From Dehalococcoidia bacterium (GTDB taxonomy: Bacteria; Chloroflexota; Dehalococcoidia; GIF9; JBFMDU01): DNA of 60,467 nt. The DNA lies in the NCBI GenBank assembly GCA_034431935.1, contig DAOUCU010000096.1, forward strand, positions 1-60,467. Direction: 5' to 3'. The first letter of the stretch is position 1; each line of letters starts with the position of its first letter. The notes under the pieces are model-generated. The model was not told where the DNA came from and did no database searches. It saw only the letters and a list, made by a program, of their open reading frames with translations. The translations under genes were made by a program, and so were the position numbers. Positions 42,691 to 54,236 of the stretch are shown piece after piece.

Positions 42691-44346
42691 GTGAGAAGCG
42701 ACGTTATTAAGAAAGGCCTGGAAAGGGCGCCGCACCGCAGTCTTCTGCACGCGTTGGGCTGTGCCCGGCAGGACTTCTCACGGCCATTTATCGGTATTGT
42801 CAGCAGTTACAGTGAGATTGTCCCCGGGCATATACATCTGGACACAGTGTCTAATGCCGTGAAAGAAGGCGTCAGGGAAGCTGGCGGTGTTCCTTTTGTT
42901 GTGAACACCATCGCGATATGCGATGGTATTGCCATGGGCCATGCCGGAATGAAGTTCAGCCTGCCAAGCCGGGAGCTCATCGCCGATTCAGTTGAGGTGG
43001 TAGTATCGGCGCATGCCTTCGACGGTCTGGTCTTTATCCCGAACTGCGACAAGGTGATACCGGGTATGCTAATGGCGGCGGCGCGGCTGAATATTCCTGC
43101 TATCTTTGTCAGCGGTGGTCCCATGCTGGCCGGACGTCTCGGGGACGGCTCGGTGGTTGACCTTAATTCGGTGTTTGTAGCCGTCGGCAAGGTCAACAAG
43201 GGCGAAATGGATGCTGCGCAGCTGGGTGAGCTGGAAGAGGTGGCCTGCCCCGGCTGCGGCAGTTGCTCCGGCATGTTTACGGCCAATACTATGAACTGCC
43301 TTTCAGAGGTGCTGGGTATGGCATTGCCGGGTAATGGGACGATACCGGCAACCACGTCGAGACGCCTGAAGCTGGCGCACGATGCCGGCAAAAGAATACT
43401 GGACCTGGTGAAGGGCAACATCCGTCCCAGAGACATCATCACACCTGAGGCAATACACAATGCTTTTGTGGTTGATATGGCGCTGGGAGGGAGTACCAAC
43501 TCGGTCCTGCATCTTATTGCCATCGGAAACGAGGCCGGCTTTGCGTTTCCGCTATCAGAAATAAACAAGATAAGTGCTCAGACACCGTACCTGAGCAAGA
43601 TAGCGCCGGCGGGTGAGTATCATGTTGAAGACCTCGACCTGGCTGGTGGTATCCCAGCATTAATGGCTGAGGTGCGGGACCTGTTGAATACCGGTGTCAG
43701 GACAGTTACTGGAACTCTGGCGGATACAATTGGTAATGCGAAAGTGCGTAACCAGCGTGTCATACGTCCTAGGTCGGCCCCGCATTCGAAGACCGGAGGC
43801 CTGGCCATTTTATTCGGCAACCTGGCGCCGGAAGGCGCTGTGGTCAAGGCCGGAGCGGTTGACCAGCGCATGCTCAAACATCGGGGACCGGCGCGGGTTT
43901 TCGACAGTGAAGAAGCGGCCACATCGGCCATAATGAAGGAGAAAATCAAGCCTGGTGATGTGGTGGTCATACGATATGAAGGGCCGAGAGGTGGTCCCGG
44001 TATGAGGGAGATGCTGACCCCGACCTCTCTTTTGACCGGTATGGGTCTTGACAGCACGGTTGCTCTGATAACCGACGGCCGTTTTTCCGGTGCGAGTAAA
44101 GGTGCGGCTATCGGCCACGTGTCTCCTGAAGCCGCGGCTAGCGGGCCGATTGCCGCTCTGCGCGAGGGCGATACTGTGGATATCAACATACCGGAGCGCA
44201 GGCTGGAAGTGGACTTGACCGGGCCGGAGATTAAGAAGCGGCTGGCGGCGATTCCGCCGTTCAAGCCGAAAGTGAAGATGGGATATCTGAAGCGATATGC
44301 GGAGAAAGTGACCTCTGCCAGCACCGGGGCCATTTTCTCGAAGTAA
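42691..44346 (+). CDS. ilvD: Dihydroxy-acid dehydratase
   Basis: 551 aa, GTG start. [35 protein letters not shown], and TDGRFSG motifs. Confidence 0.9.
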   Translation: MRSDVIKKGLERAPHRSLLHALGCARQDFSRPFIGIVSSYSEIVPGHIHLDTVSNAVKEGVREAGGVPFVVNTIAICDGIAMGHAGMKFSLPSRELIADSVEVVVSAHAFDGLVFIPNCDKVIPGMLMAAARLNIPAIFVSGGPMLAGRLGDGSVVDLNSVFVAVGKVNKGEMDAAQLGELEEVACPGCGSCSGMFTANTMNCLSEVLGMALPGNGTIPATTSRRLKLAHDAGKRILDLVKGNIRPRDIITPEAIHNAFVVDMALGGSTNSVLHLIAIGNEAGFAFPLSEINKISAQTPYLSKIAPAGEYHVEDLDLAGGIPALMAEVRDLLNTGVRTVTGTLADTIGNAKVRNQRVIRPRSAPHSKTGGLAILFGNLAPEGAVVKAGAVDQRMLKHRGPARVFDSEEAATSAIMKEKIKPGDVVVIRYEGPRGGPGMREMLTPTSLLTGMGLDSTVALITDGRFSGASKGAAIGHVSPEAAASGPIAALREGDTVDINIPERRLEVDLTGPEIKKRLAAIPPFKPKVKMGYLKRYAEKVTSASTGAIFSK

Positions 44347-44357
44347 GGTTCGAATGC

Positions 44358-46055
44358 ATGAAAAAGACTGGCGCGGAAATACTGTGTGAAAGCTTGGTAA
44401 GGGAGGGTGTGGAAGTCATCTTCGGCTTTCCCGGTGGGGTGCTCTTGCCGCTTTACGATACGCTCCCGAAATATCCGCAGTTGCGGCATATTCTGGTGCG
44501 TCATGAGCAGGGCGCGGCCCACGCCGCGGATGGATATGCCAGAGTTGCCGGTAAGCCAGGCGTGTGCGTGGCAACTTCGGGCCCCGGTGCAACCAATCTG
44601 GTTACCGGTATTGCCAACGCGTGCCTGGACTCTTCGCCGGTCATTGCCATCACCGGTCAGGTGGCCAGGGCATTTATCGGCAAGGATGCCTTTCAGGAAG
44701 TTGACATTACGGGAATAACCCTGCCGATTACGAAGCACAACTATTCGGTCAGGAAGGCGTCGGATATCGCACGGGTAGTGAAAGAATCGTTTTTTATAGC
44801 CAGAACCGGCCGGCCAGGCCCGGTATTGATAGATATTCCGCGAGATGTCTTTACCGAGAGTGCCGAAGCTCATTACCCGGATAAGGTTAATTTGCCCAGC
44901 TATAAGCCGGTGCTTTATGGCCATCCTACCCAGATTAAGCGTGCGGCGGAGTTGATTAACGGGGCCAGGAAGCCGTTAATCGTGGCCGGGCGCGGCGTCA
45001 TCATTTCGGAGGCATATCAGGAGGTCAGGGAACTGGCGGAGAAAGCCCAGATACCGGTGGTAACGACCCTGCTGGGTATTGGCTGCTTCCCGGAAACACA
45101 CGTCCTGTCTTATGGCATGATCGGCATGCATGGCATGGCATATGCCAATACCGCGGTTGATCAGGCAGATGTGGTGATTGCCATCGGTATGAGATTTGAC
45201 GACCGGGCCACCGGTAAGGTGAGCTCGTTCGCGCCGCGAGCCAGCATCATTCATATTGATATTGACCCGGCCGAGATTGGCAAAAATGTGCGTGTCGACG
45301 TCCCGATTGTTGGCGATGCTAAGAACGTTTTGCAGGCGCTCAACAAGCAGATATCTTCAAGTGATCATGTGGACTGGCTGAAGGAGCTGGACGAATATCG
45401 CACATGCCATCCGTCGATGGACATCCGTGAGACCGATAAGCTTTTGCCGCAGTATGTGATCAGGCAAATATTCGAGGCAACACAGGGTGAAGCCAGAATA
45501 GTGACCGGCGTCGGCCAGCATCAGATGTGGTCGGCCCAGCACTTCTATTACATTAAGCCGAACAGCTTGATATCGTCGGGCGGTCTGGGGACGATGGGTT
45601 TTGAGCTGCCGGCGTCTATGGGTGTCAAGGTCGCGTGTCCTAATGAAACGGTCTGGTGTATCGCCGGCGATGGCGGTTTCCAGATGACGCTTCATGAACT
45701 TGCTACCATCGCCTGCGAAAGAATAGCTGTAAAGATTGCCATAATCAATAACGGTTTCCTGGGCATGGTCAGGCAGTGGCAGGAGCTGTTTTACGGCAAG
45801 CGTTATGTGGCGACACCTCTCTACGGGCCGGACTTTGTCAAGCTGGCCGATGCCTATGGGATTGCTGGCGTGAGGGTCACCGATAAGAAACAGGTATCTG
45901 CGGCGATACATAAGGCTATGGCGCATGATGGGCCGTTTGTCATTGATTTCAGGGTAGAGCCTGAAGAAAACGTTTACCCGATGGTCCCCCCGGGTGCATC
46001 CATCGTCGAATGTATTGAGATGCCCAGGTCGGAAACGGTCGATACCCGCAGATAG
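44358..46055 (+). CDS. ilvB: Acetolactate synthase large (catalytic) subunit
   Basis: 565 aa. ThDP enzyme blocks: VRHEQGAAHAADGYARV, GPGATNLVTG, GGLGTMGFELPASMG, and GDGGFQM. Confidence 0.9.
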   Translation: MKKTGAEILCESLVREGVEVIFGFPGGVLLPLYDTLPKYPQLRHILVRHEQGAAHAADGYARVAGKPGVCVATSGPGATNLVTGIANACLDSSPVIAITGQVARAFIGKDAFQEVDITGITLPITKHNYSVRKASDIARVVKESFFIARTGRPGPVLIDIPRDVFTESAEAHYPDKVNLPSYKPVLYGHPTQIKRAAELINGARKPLIVAGRGVIISEAYQEVRELAEKAQIPVVTTLLGIGCFPETHVLSYGMIGMHGMAYANTAVDQADVVIAIGMRFDDRATGKVSSFAPRASIIHIDIDPAEIGKNVRVDVPIVGDAKNVLQALNKQISSSDHVDWLKELDEYRTCHPSMDIRETDKLLPQYVIRQIFEATQGEARIVTGVGQHQMWSAQHFYYIKPNSLISSGGLGTMGFELPASMGVKVACPNETVWCIAGDGGFQMTLHELATIACERIAVKIAIINNGFLGMVRQWQELFYGKRYVATPLYGPDFVKLADAYGIAGVRVTDKKQVSAAIHKAMAHDGPFVIDFRVEPEENVYPMVPPGASIVECIEMPRSETVDTRR

Positions 46056-46083
46056 AGCACGGGACGCCAGGAGGATTTTGCAA

Positions 46084-46653
46084 ATGAACGGTCCGTATCA
46101 TACGCTGGTGGCACTGGTCGAAGACCGTCCCGGGGTGCTCAACCGCGTTTCCAGCGTGCTGCGGCGCCGTGATTTCAATATCGAGAGTATCGCCGTGGGG
46201 CGGACTGACCAGCCAGAACTTTCACGTATGACAATCGTGGTTGATGCGGAGTCAGCCAATGTCGAACAGGTAAGGAAGCAACTGTCCAAGCTAATCGATG
46301 TTGTGAAGATCTTCGACATAACCGAGGAGAGCAAGGTTGAGCGCGAGCTGGCTTTGATAAAAGTCAAGACCACACCTGCCACACGGGGCGAAATCATCCA
46401 TATCGTCAATATCTTCCGCGCCAACATCGTTGACGTGGCACCCGATTCGATGATTGTGGAGGTGACCGGTGACGAAGATAAGATTTCGTCTCTTCTGGCG
46501 CTTCTTCAGGGTTTTGGAATCAAAGAGATGGCCAGGACCGGGCGAATAGCAATTACTCGTGGCGGGACAGGCCCGCTTATCGTCGACGAGGAGCCGAAGT
46601 TAATCAGACAGGTAAGAAAGCCGCCGGTTCCGGAGAGTCCGGCGAACTGGTAG
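46084..46653 (+). CDS. ilvN: Acetolactate synthase small (regulatory) subunit
   Basis: Start at ATG 46084 (MNGPYHTLVALVEDRPGVLNRVSSVLRRRDFNIESIAVG). ACT domain plus C-terminal domain. Confidence 0.85.
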   Translation: MNGPYHTLVALVEDRPGVLNRVSSVLRRRDFNIESIAVGRTDQPELSRMTIVVDAESANVEQVRKQLSKLIDVVKIFDITEESKVERELALIKVKTTPATRGEIIHIVNIFRANIVDVAPDSMIVEVTGDEDKISSLLALLQGFGIKEMARTGRIAITRGGTGPLIVDEEPKLIRQVRKPPVPESPANW

Positions 46654-46760
46654 CACTCAGTCGGGACTGTGTATGACAGGCCGTCTTTCTGCCGCAGCAT
46701 GAGTACAAGACTACCGCTCGCGTGGCGGTTTGCTTGTAAGAATACTGTGAGAGGGTTCAA

Positions 46761-47756
46761 ATGGCTAAAGTTTACTATGACAATGATGCTGACCTGAGCT
46801 TACTTAGAGGCAGGACGGTGGGCATTATCGGGTTCGGAAGCCAGGGGCACGCTCATGCCCAGAACCTGAGGGACAGTGGCTGTCAGGTGCTGGTCGCTGA
46901 AGCGCCGGGGACCGATGGCTGGAAGAACGCCCAGACAGCGGGATTTAAGGTGGCTACTGCGGCTGATACAGCCAGAGAGGCATCGATTATCGTGATGCTT
47001 GTCCCGGATAATCTCCAGCCGGTTATCTACCGTGAGGCGATTGAGAAATCGCTGACTTCGGGGAAGATGTTAATGTTCGCCCACGGCTTCAACATCCACT
47101 TCGGGCAAATTGTGCCGCCGCCGGTGGTGGATGTCACTATGATTGCCCCCAAAGCGCCGGGACGGATGGTTCGAGAGCTTTATACCCAGGGATCGGGAGT
47201 GCCGGCGCTGGTGGCGGTGGAGCGGGATGCTTCGGGCAATGCGAAGGCAATAGCTCTGGCTTATGCCAAAGGTATCGGTACGACACGGGCCGGCGTCATT
47301 GAGACGACCTTCGCTGAGGAAACCGAGACTGACCTCTTTGGAGAACAGGCAGTACTTTGCGGAGGTATTTCGCACCTCATCAGGGCTGGCTTCGATACGC
47401 TGGTTAAAGCCGGCTATCAGCCGGAGATTGCCTACTTTGAGTGCCTGCACGAATGCAAGCTGATTGTTGATCTTATTTATCAGGGCGGCATCAGCTATAT
47501 GCGGGACGTGGTCAGCGATACCGCCGAATACGGTGACTACAGCCGCGGCCCGAGGGTTATTAACGATGAGGTCAAGGCCGAGATGGCCCGGATACTATCG
47601 GAAGTACAGAACGGGACCTTCGCCAGGGAGTGGATACTTGAGAACCAGGCAGGCCGGCCAAATTTCAACATTACCAAGCGTCGGGAAGCGCAGGCTGAGA
47701 TTGAGACTGTCGGCAAGAGACTGAGGGAAATGATGCCCTGGCTGAAAAAAGCTTGA
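46761..47756 (+). CDS. ilvC: Ketol-acid reductoisomerase (class I)
   Basis: 331 aa. [15 protein letters not shown]..., [17 protein letters not shown]. Confidence 0.9.
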   Translation: MAKVYYDNDADLSLLRGRTVGIIGFGSQGHAHAQNLRDSGCQVLVAEAPGTDGWKNAQTAGFKVATAADTAREASIIVMLVPDNLQPVIYREAIEKSLTSGKMLMFAHGFNIHFGQIVPPPVVDVTMIAPKAPGRMVRELYTQGSGVPALVAVERDASGNAKAIALAYAKGIGTTRAGVIETTFAEETETDLFGEQAVLCGGISHLIRAGFDTLVKAGYQPEIAYFECLHECKLIVDLIYQGGISYMRDVVSDTAEYGDYSRGPRVINDEVKAEMARILSEVQNGTFAREWILENQAGRPNFNITKRREAQAEIETVGKRLREMMPWLKKA

Positions 47757-47773
47757 GGTGCCTTCGGAGCTGG

Positions 47774-49351
47774 GTGAGACCCTTGGAAAGAGTCATTATC
47801 TTCGACACCACGCTCAGGGATGGAGAGCAGGCGGCGGGCGCCACGCTTAACATCCAGGAGAAACTGGATATCGCCCGTCAGCTTGAGCGTCTTGGCGTGG
47901 ATGTTATCGAAGCGGGTTTTCCCGCTAGTTCTCCCGGGGACTTCGAAGCAGTACGAGCGATCGCGAAAACGGTACGGAAGCCCGTAATCTGCGCGCTTAC
48001 TCATGCCAATGTCAAAGCGATTGAGCGTGCATGGGAGGCGGTTGCGGAAGCAGAGCGTTCACGTATTCATGTGTTCCTTTCATCTTCGGATATCCACATG
48101 AATTACCAGCTCCGCCGGAGCCGGGATGAGGTCCTCGAAATGACGCGGACGGCGGTCGCTCATGCAAAGCGCTATTGCCGTGACGTCGAGTTCTCGCCGA
48201 TGGATGCTACCCGGACCGAGCCGTTGTTCCTGTACAAGGTGGTGGAGGTGGCCATCAGCGCCGGGGCTACCACAGTAAACATACCGGACACGGTCGGATA
48301 CGCCATCCCTGTGGAGTTCGGTAAGTTGATACGCGGCATCATCAAAAACGTGCCGAACGCTCACCGGGCAATAATAAGCGTCCACTGTCATAACGACCTC
48401 GGCATGGCAGTGGCCAACAGTCTGGAGGCGGTACGTCAGGGTGCGAGGCAGGTGGAGTGCACAGTTAACGGCATTGGCGAGCGGGCCGGCAACGCATCGC
48501 TGGAAGAAATCGTCATGGCGATAAAGACGCGGAATGACCTGCTGAGGTTCACTACCGGGGTGAACACCACCGAGATTTACCGTTCCAGCCGCCTTGTCAG
48601 CGACCTTACCGGTTTTGCCGTACAGCCAAACAAGGCGATTGTTGGTGCGAATGCCTTCCGGCATCAGTCCGGCATTCACCAGGACGGTGTCATTAAGAAG
48701 TCCATTACCTACGAGATAATGGACCCCCGCTCAGTCGGTATCCCGGCCAGCAGTCTGGTGCTGGGTAAGCTCAGCGGTCGGCATGCATTCCGCGAGCGGC
48801 TGGCAGAGCTGGGCTACACTCTGCCGGAAGCCGAGTTTGACCGTGCCTTCGACGCCTTCAAACAACTGGCGGACAAGAAGAGGGAAGTCACCGACCGCGA
48901 CATTGAATCTCTGGTGGCCGAAGAGCGGCGTACCTTCACCGAGGTCTACCACCTTGACCATGTCGGAGTTACGTGCGGCAACGCCGCTATTCCGACGGCT
49001 ACGGTCCGACTGATCGGGCCGGGTGGCAAAGTGCTGGCTGACGCCGCGCTGGGTACTGGCCCGGTGGATGCTGTATACAAGGCTATTAATCGCATCGTTG
49101 GGGTTTCCAACAAACTGACAGAATTCAGCGTGAATTCTGTTACGGAAGGTATTGATGCGATTGGCGAGGTGCTGATACGGATTGAGAGCGACGGGGTGAC
49201 ATATACCGGCCGCGGCGCCGCTACGGACATCATTGTGGCCAGCGCCAAGGCCTACATGAACGCGCTCAATCGCCTGCTGGCGGCAAGAAAACTGACAGAG
49301 CAGACGTCGAGGGACAGGTCTGAACGCAAGACCGCGAGGGCCAGAAAGTGA
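47774..49351 (+). CDS. leuA: 2-isopropylmalate synthase
   Basis: [29 protein letters not shown], and a C-terminal LeuA dimerisation/regulatory domain. Start is uncertain: GTG 47774 chosen, but TTG 47753 and TTG 47783 are also possible. Confidence 0.85.
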   Translation: MRPLERVIIFDTTLRDGEQAAGATLNIQEKLDIARQLERLGVDVIEAGFPASSPGDFEAVRAIAKTVRKPVICALTHANVKAIERAWEAVAEAERSRIHVFLSSSDIHMNYQLRRSRDEVLEMTRTAVAHAKRYCRDVEFSPMDATRTEPLFLYKVVEVAISAGATTVNIPDTVGYAIPVEFGKLIRGIIKNVPNAHRAIISVHCHNDLGMAVANSLEAVRQGARQVECTVNGIGERAGNASLEEIVMAIKTRNDLLRFTTGVNTTEIYRSSRLVSDLTGFAVQPNKAIVGANAFRHQSGIHQDGVIKKSITYEIMDPRSVGIPASSLVLGKLSGRHAFRERLAELGYTLPEAEFDRAFDAFKQLADKKREVTDRDIESLVAEERRTFTEVYHLDHVGVTCGNAAIPTATVRLIGPGGKVLADAALGTGPVDAVYKAINRIVGVSNKLTEFSVNSVTEGIDAIGEVLIRIESDGVTYTGRGAATDIIVASAKAYMNALNRLLAARKLTEQTSRDRSERKTARARK

Positions 49352-49749
49352 ACGCCACCGTGGAAGCAGTCTTGCGGTTGGTGCTGGCTGCGGCCCTCGG
49401 AGCGCTGGTAGGGTTCCAGCGGGAGCATGGGCATAAGCCGGCCGGTTTGCGTACGCACACTGTGGTGAGCGTCGGCGCCTGTCTTTTTTGCCTGGTCTCG
49501 ATCTATGGCTTTGGTGGGTCATCAGACCCATCGCGAGTTGCGGCACAGGTTGTTACCGGTATTGGTTTTATCGGTGCCGGTACGATTCTTTTCCTCAGTC
49601 GACAGCGTACCGTTATCGGGTTGACGACGGCGGCGACGATATGGGCGGTGGCGGCGGTGGGGTTGGCGGTGGGAGCTGGATTGTATGTGCTGGCTGCGGT
49701 CGGAGCGCTCATTGTCTTTGGTGCTCTGTATATTCCTCACCGGTTTTGA
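49348..49749 (+). CDS. MgtC/SapB-family small membrane protein
   Basis: 133 aa. [40 protein letters not shown] is the MgtC N-terminal signature. 4 TM segments. Start overlaps the leuA stop by 4 nt. Confidence 0.7.
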   Translation: MNATVEAVLRLVLAAALGALVGFQREHGHKPAGLRTHTVVSVGACLFCLVSIYGFGGSSDPSRVAAQVVTGIGFIGAGTILFLSRQRTVIGLTTAATIWAVAAVGLAVGAGLYVLAAVGALIVFGALYIPHRF

Positions 49750-49779
49750 GTTCGTTGATAGCACGCAAGGAGGCGGCTT

Positions 49780-51036
49780 TTGAATCTGGGCGAGAAGATA
49801 CTGGCAGCGCACAGCGGCAAGGCAAAAGTCTCTGCGGGCGATTTTGTTGACGTCCGCGTTGACTTGGTGCTTGCCAATGATATTACGGCGCCGCTGGCAA
49901 TACAGGAGTTTGCGAAGCTGGGGGTGAATAAGGTCTTTGACCCAGACCGCGTGGTGCTGGTACCGGATCACTTCTGCCCAAATAAGGATATCCTCGCGGC
50001 GGAGCAGGCTAAAATGATGCGGGAGTTCGCGCGGAGGCAGGGAGTTCGCTACTACGAAGTGGGCAGGATGGGGATTGAGCACGTTCTTCTGCCGGAGCAG
50101 GGACTGGTGCTGCCCGGTGAAGTAATCGTGGGTGCGGATTCTCACACCTGTACTTATGGTGCGCTCGGGGCTTTTGCTACGGGCATGGGTTCAACCGATA
50201 TCGCCGTAGCAATGGCTACTGGGGAAATCTGGATGAGGGTGCCGCCGGCCATCAAGTTTGTCTATCACGGCAGGCTCAAGAAGTGGGTTGGTGGCAAGGA
50301 CCTGATACTATTCACCATCGGCCAGATTGGTGTTGAGGGCGCAAACTATTCGTCCATGGAATTCGCTGGCGAAGCGGTGGACATGCTCGGAATGGACGGC
50401 CGCTTTACTATGGCTAACATGGCTATCGAGGCCGGGGGCAAAGCCGGTCTTTTCGCCGTAGATGCCAGGACGCTGGAGTACGTTAAGCCGCGGGCGGAGC
50501 GACCGTACAGGGTCTACAAGAGTGATAAGAATGCGGCATATGCGCGGATACTGGAGTGGGATGTTTCGAAACTGGAGCCGCAGGTGGCCTTGCCGCACCT
50601 GCCGTCCAACGTACGGCCGGTCAGCGAGGTGAAAAATGTCGAGGTTGACCAGGTGGTGATTGGGAGCTGTACCAACGGGCGGCTTGATGACCTGCGGGTG
50701 GCGGCGGCGTTGCTGAAAGGTAAACAGGTGAGTCCCAGGGTGCGATGTATCGTGATACCCGGGTCCCAGCAGGTTTACATGCAGGCAATGAAAGAGGGTC
50801 TCCTGGAGATATTCGTTCAGGCTGGCGCGGCGGTGAGCACGCCGACCTGCGGCCCGTGTCTTGGCGGGCATATGGGCATTCTGGCGGCGGGGGAGCGGTG
50901 CTGTTCGACGACCAACCGCAATTTCGTCGGGCGTATGGGGAGTACCAAGTCGGAGGTGTTTCTGGCCGGACCGGCGGTGGTCGCGGCGACCGCGGTGGTT
51001 GGCCGGATTGCCAGCCCGGTGGAGATAGCCAGATGA
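49780..51036 (+). CDS. leuC: 3-isopropylmalate dehydratase large subunit
   Basis: 418 aa, TTG start. Aconitase-family motifs GADSHT, GSCTNGR, and CGPCLG. Confidence 0.9.
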   Translation: MNLGEKILAAHSGKAKVSAGDFVDVRVDLVLANDITAPLAIQEFAKLGVNKVFDPDRVVLVPDHFCPNKDILAAEQAKMMREFARRQGVRYYEVGRMGIEHVLLPEQGLVLPGEVIVGADSHTCTYGALGAFATGMGSTDIAVAMATGEIWMRVPPAIKFVYHGRLKKWVGGKDLILFTIGQIGVEGANYSSMEFAGEAVDMLGMDGRFTMANMAIEAGGKAGLFAVDARTLEYVKPRAERPYRVYKSDKNAAYARILEWDVSKLEPQVALPHLPSNVRPVSEVKNVEVDQVVIGSCTNGRLDDLRVAAALLKGKQVSPRVRCIVIPGSQQVYMQAMKEGLLEIFVQAGAAVSTPTCGPCLGGHMGILAAGERCCSTTNRNFVGRMGSTKSEVFLAGPAVVAATAVVGRIASPVEIAR

Positions 51037-51533
51037 AGTTGAAAGGGACCGTCCATAAGTATGGGGACCACATCAATACCGATGTCATCATCCCGGCGCG
51101 TTACCTCAGTTTGAGTGAGGGCTCCGACCTGGCGCGTCATTGCATGGAGGATATCGACGCCGAGTTTGTCAAGCGGGTAAAACCAGGCGACATCATAGTA
51201 GCGGCGGTCAACTTTGGGTGCGGGTCCTCTCGGGAGCATGCGCCGCTGGCAATCAAGGCGTCAGGTATATCGTGTGTTATCGCCGAAAGTTTCGCACGCA
51301 TCTTTTTCCGTAACAGCATTAATACCGGACTGCCTTTGCTGGAGTCGCCGGAGGCAGTAAAGGGGACCAAAAGTGGCGATGTGCTTGAAGTGGAGCTGGA
51401 GACCGGCGAAATCAAGAACCTGACGACCGGCGAGACCTATCACGCCGCTCCATATCCGCCGTTCCTGCTTGACATAATTTCTGCAGGTGGTCTGGTAGAG
51501 TACACCAAGCGTAGACTGGAGAAAAAGAAATGA
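51033..51533 (+). CDS. leuD: 3-isopropylmalate dehydratase small subunit
   Basis: 166 aa from ATG 51033 (ATGA overlap with the leuC stop). [25 protein letters not shown] and GCGSSREHA. Confidence 0.9.
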   Translation: MKLKGTVHKYGDHINTDVIIPARYLSLSEGSDLARHCMEDIDAEFVKRVKPGDIIVAAVNFGCGSSREHAPLAIKASGISCVIAESFARIFFRNSINTGLPLLESPEAVKGTKSGDVLEVELETGEIKNLTTGETYHAAPYPPFLLDIISAGGLVEYTKRRLEKKK

Positions 51534-52630
51534 AGTTCGAACTGGCAGTCCTGCCCGGTGACGGGGTTGGGCCTGAGGTTGTTGCCGAAGCAGTCAAGGT
51601 ACTGAACGCTACTGGTGATAGGTATGGACATAGCCTTAAGTATCGGTACGATCTTATTGGTGGGGCAGCCATTGACAGGTATGGTGTAGCCCTGACGGAC
51701 GAGTGTCTGGCTATGTGTAAGGCCAGCGATGCCGTGCTTCATGGTGCGGTCGGTGGGCCCAAGTGGGATGATCCGAAGGCGAAGGTGCGCCCTGAGGATG
51801 GACTGCTCGGTCTGAGGAAGGGCCTGGGGACTTTTGCCAATCTGCGACCGGTGAAGCTGTATCCAATGCTCATCGATGCTGTGGCACTAAAACCCGAGGT
51901 GGTGCGTGGAGTTGACCTGATGGTGGTGCGTGAGCTTACCGGTGGGCTGTACTTTGGCAAGCCGAAACGGCAGTGGCTGAGCAAGAGCGGCCGCCACGCA
52001 GTTGACACCATGAAGTATTCGGAAAAAGAAATCAGGCGGATTGTAAAAGTGGGTTTCGAACTGGCACGGACGCGCCGCAAGAAATTGGCGTCAGTTGATA
52101 AGGCGAACGTGCTGGAGACTTCACGCCTCTGGCGACAAATTGCCATGGAAGTGGGAGTTGACTATCCGGATGTCCAGCTTGAGCACGTTCTGGTTGATTC
52201 CTGTTCGATGCGGCTTATTCAGCGGCCGGCTGATTTTGATGTCATCGTCACCGAGAACACTTTTGGCGATATCCTTACCGATGAAGCTTCAATGCTGGCC
52301 GGCTCGATGGGCATGCTGCCTTCGGCCAGTCTGGCGGGCATTCCCACGGAAGGCGGGCGCGCCTTTGGCCTTTACGAGCCGATTCACGGTAGTGCGCCGA
52401 AGCGCGCCGGGCAGAATCTGGCGAACCCTATTGCCACGATACTCAGTGCGGCTATGATGCTGAGGTACTCGTTAGGGCTGAGCGCCGAGGCTGATGCCGT
52501 GGAGGCGGCAATACTCAAGGTGCTTGAAGAGGGATACCGTACTTACGATATTATGGAAGCGGGGAAAGTTAAGGTCAGCACCAGCCGGATGGGTGATCTG
52601 ATAGCCGAGAGGGTGCTGGCGAGGAAATAG
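51530..52630 (+). CDS. leuB: 3-isopropylmalate dehydrogenase
   Basis: 366 aa. [21 protein letters not shown], and NLFGDILSD-like block [26 protein letters not shown]. Confidence 0.9.
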   Translation: MKFELAVLPGDGVGPEVVAEAVKVLNATGDRYGHSLKYRYDLIGGAAIDRYGVALTDECLAMCKASDAVLHGAVGGPKWDDPKAKVRPEDGLLGLRKGLGTFANLRPVKLYPMLIDAVALKPEVVRGVDLMVVRELTGGLYFGKPKRQWLSKSGRHAVDTMKYSEKEIRRIVKVGFELARTRRKKLASVDKANVLETSRLWRQIAMEVGVDYPDVQLEHVLVDSCSMRLIQRPADFDVIVTENTFGDILTDEASMLAGSMGMLPSASLAGIPTEGGRAFGLYEPIHGSAPKRAGQNLANPIATILSAAMMLRYSLGLSAEADAVEAAILKVLEEGYRTYDIMEAGKVKVSTSRMGDLIAERVLARK

Positions 52631-52646
52631 TACAGAAGATACTCTG

Positions 52647-54236
52647 ATGAAGTCAGTACAGATATACGATACTACCCTGCGTGACGGTGCTCAACGCGAG
52701 GGTATATCGTTTTCGGTTGAGGACAAGCTTAAGATCGCCCGTAAGCTGGACGAACTGGGTATCCATTTTATTGAGGGAGGGTGGCCGGGTTCTAACCCCA
52801 AGGACAGCAAGTTCTTCGCACGGGCGCGTCGGATGAAGTTCAAGCAGGCAACTCTTGTGGCTTTTGGTAGCACCAAGCGTCACGACGTTAAGGCGAAGGA
52901 CGACCTGAATTTGAAGGCGCTGGTAGATTCAGGTGTGAGGGTGGTTACCATTGTTGGAAAAAGCTCGCGGATGCAGGTCATTGATGTCCTGGAAGTCAGC
53001 CTTGAGACTAATCTGGAGATGATATACGAGTCGGTTGCCTATCTGGTAGGCAGGGGACTAAGGGTATTCTTTGACGCCGAGCACTTTTTCGATGGCTACA
53101 GGATGGACCCGGATTATTCACTTAAGACGCTTAAGGCGGCGGACGATGCCGGTGCCGAGTGTCTGGTCTTATGTGATACTAACGGAGGAAGCCTACCGTC
53201 TCAAATTGGAGAGGCGGTCCGTGCCGCATGCCGAGTTTCACGCGCTTCGATTGGCATCCACGCTCACAACGATGCCGAGCTAGCTGTGGCCAATTCTCTG
53301 GCGGCGGTTGAGGCTGGGGCCAGCCAGGTTCAGGGCACCATCAATGGCTATGGAGAAAGGTGCGGCAACGCCAACCTGTGCTCCGTTATCCCGAACCTCA
53401 AGCTCAAGATGGGCATTAACTGTATATCCAATGCGAATCTGTCAAGGCTGGCGGAGGTCGCCCATTTTGTGGCCGGCGTTGCCAACCTGACGCTTGACCG
53501 TCATCTTCCGTACGTCGGTGATAGCGCCTTCACACACAAAGGCGGACTTCATGTCTCAGGTCTGATGAAATGTGATATCAGCTATCATCACGTTGACCCG
53601 TTGCTGGTAGGCAATACTCACCGCGTGGTTGTCTCAGAGCTTTCCGGTAAAAGCAACATTATCTATAAGGCTAAGGAGCTGGGTATTAACCTCTCGCCGA
53701 GAGAAGAGGAAACACGGCGTGTGCTTGACCAGATTAAACTTCTGGAGAGCCGGGGCTTCCAGTATGAGGACGCCGACGCCTCTTTTGAGCTTCTCCTGCG
53801 GCGGGCGCAACCCGGCTACAAGCCGCCGTTCGAACTGGTGGACTTCATGGTGGTGGTGGAGAGACACCGCCGCCTGCCGACCTCAAATACCCATGAAGAG
53901 ACACTGGCTGAGGCGACGGTCAAGGTGCGGGTTGGCAAGAGGGTTATCCACACTGCGGCGGAGGGTAATGGCCCGGTCAATGCTCTCGATGCGGCCCTGC
54001 GTAAGGCGCTGGTTCAGTTCTATCCGAGTTTGGCCGATATCAAGCTGGTTGACTACAAAGTGCGCATCCTTGAGGAGGCGTCCGGCACTGGCTCACAGGT
54101 GCGGGTGTTGATTGAGTCTACCGATGGTAAAGATACATGGCGCACCGTTGGGGGGTCGAGCAACATTATCGAAGCCAGCTGGTTGGCTTTGGCTGACAGC
54201 CTTGAGTACTGGCTGATCAGGCACAGCGGCAGTTAG
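52647..54236 (+). CDS. cimA: (R)-citramalate synthase (CimA-type LeuA homologue)
   Basis: 529 aa. MKSVQIYDTTLRDGAQREGISFSVEDKLKIARKLDELGIHFIEGGWPGSNPKD and the C-terminal AAEGNGPVNALDAALRKAL block are characteristic of the citramalate-synthase clade. Confidence 0.8.
   Translation: MKSVQIYDTTLRDGAQREGISFSVEDKLKIARKLDELGIHFIEGGWPGSNPKDSKFFARARRMKFKQATLVAFGSTKRHDVKAKDDLNLKALVDSGVRVVTIVGKSSRMQVIDVLEVSLETNLEMIYESVAYLVGRGLRVFFDAEHFFDGYRMDPDYSLKTLKAADDAGAECLVLCDTNGGSLPSQIGEAVRAACRVSRASIGIHAHNDAELAVANSLAAVEAGASQVQGTINGYGERCGNANLCSVIPNLKLKMGINCISNANLSRLAEVAHFVAGVANLTLDRHLPYVGDSAFTHKGGLHVSGLMKCDISYHHVDPLLVGNTHRVVVSELSGKSNIIYKAKELGINLSPREEETRRVLDQIKLLESRGFQYEDADASFELLLRRAQPGYKPPFELVDFMVVVERHRRLPTSNTHEETLAEATVKVRVGKRVIHTAAEGNGPVNALDAALRKALVQFYPSLADIKLVDYKVRILEEASGTGSQVRVLIESTDGKDTWRTVGGSSNIIEASWLALADSLEYWLIRHSGS

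Noticed and set aside
43620-44924. 434-aa minus-strand ORF
   Set aside because: It runs antisense across the ilvD/ilvB boundary, both of which have unmistakable enzyme motifs on the plus strand. The translation is Arg/Pro/Ser-rich with no domain. It is a shadow ORF.
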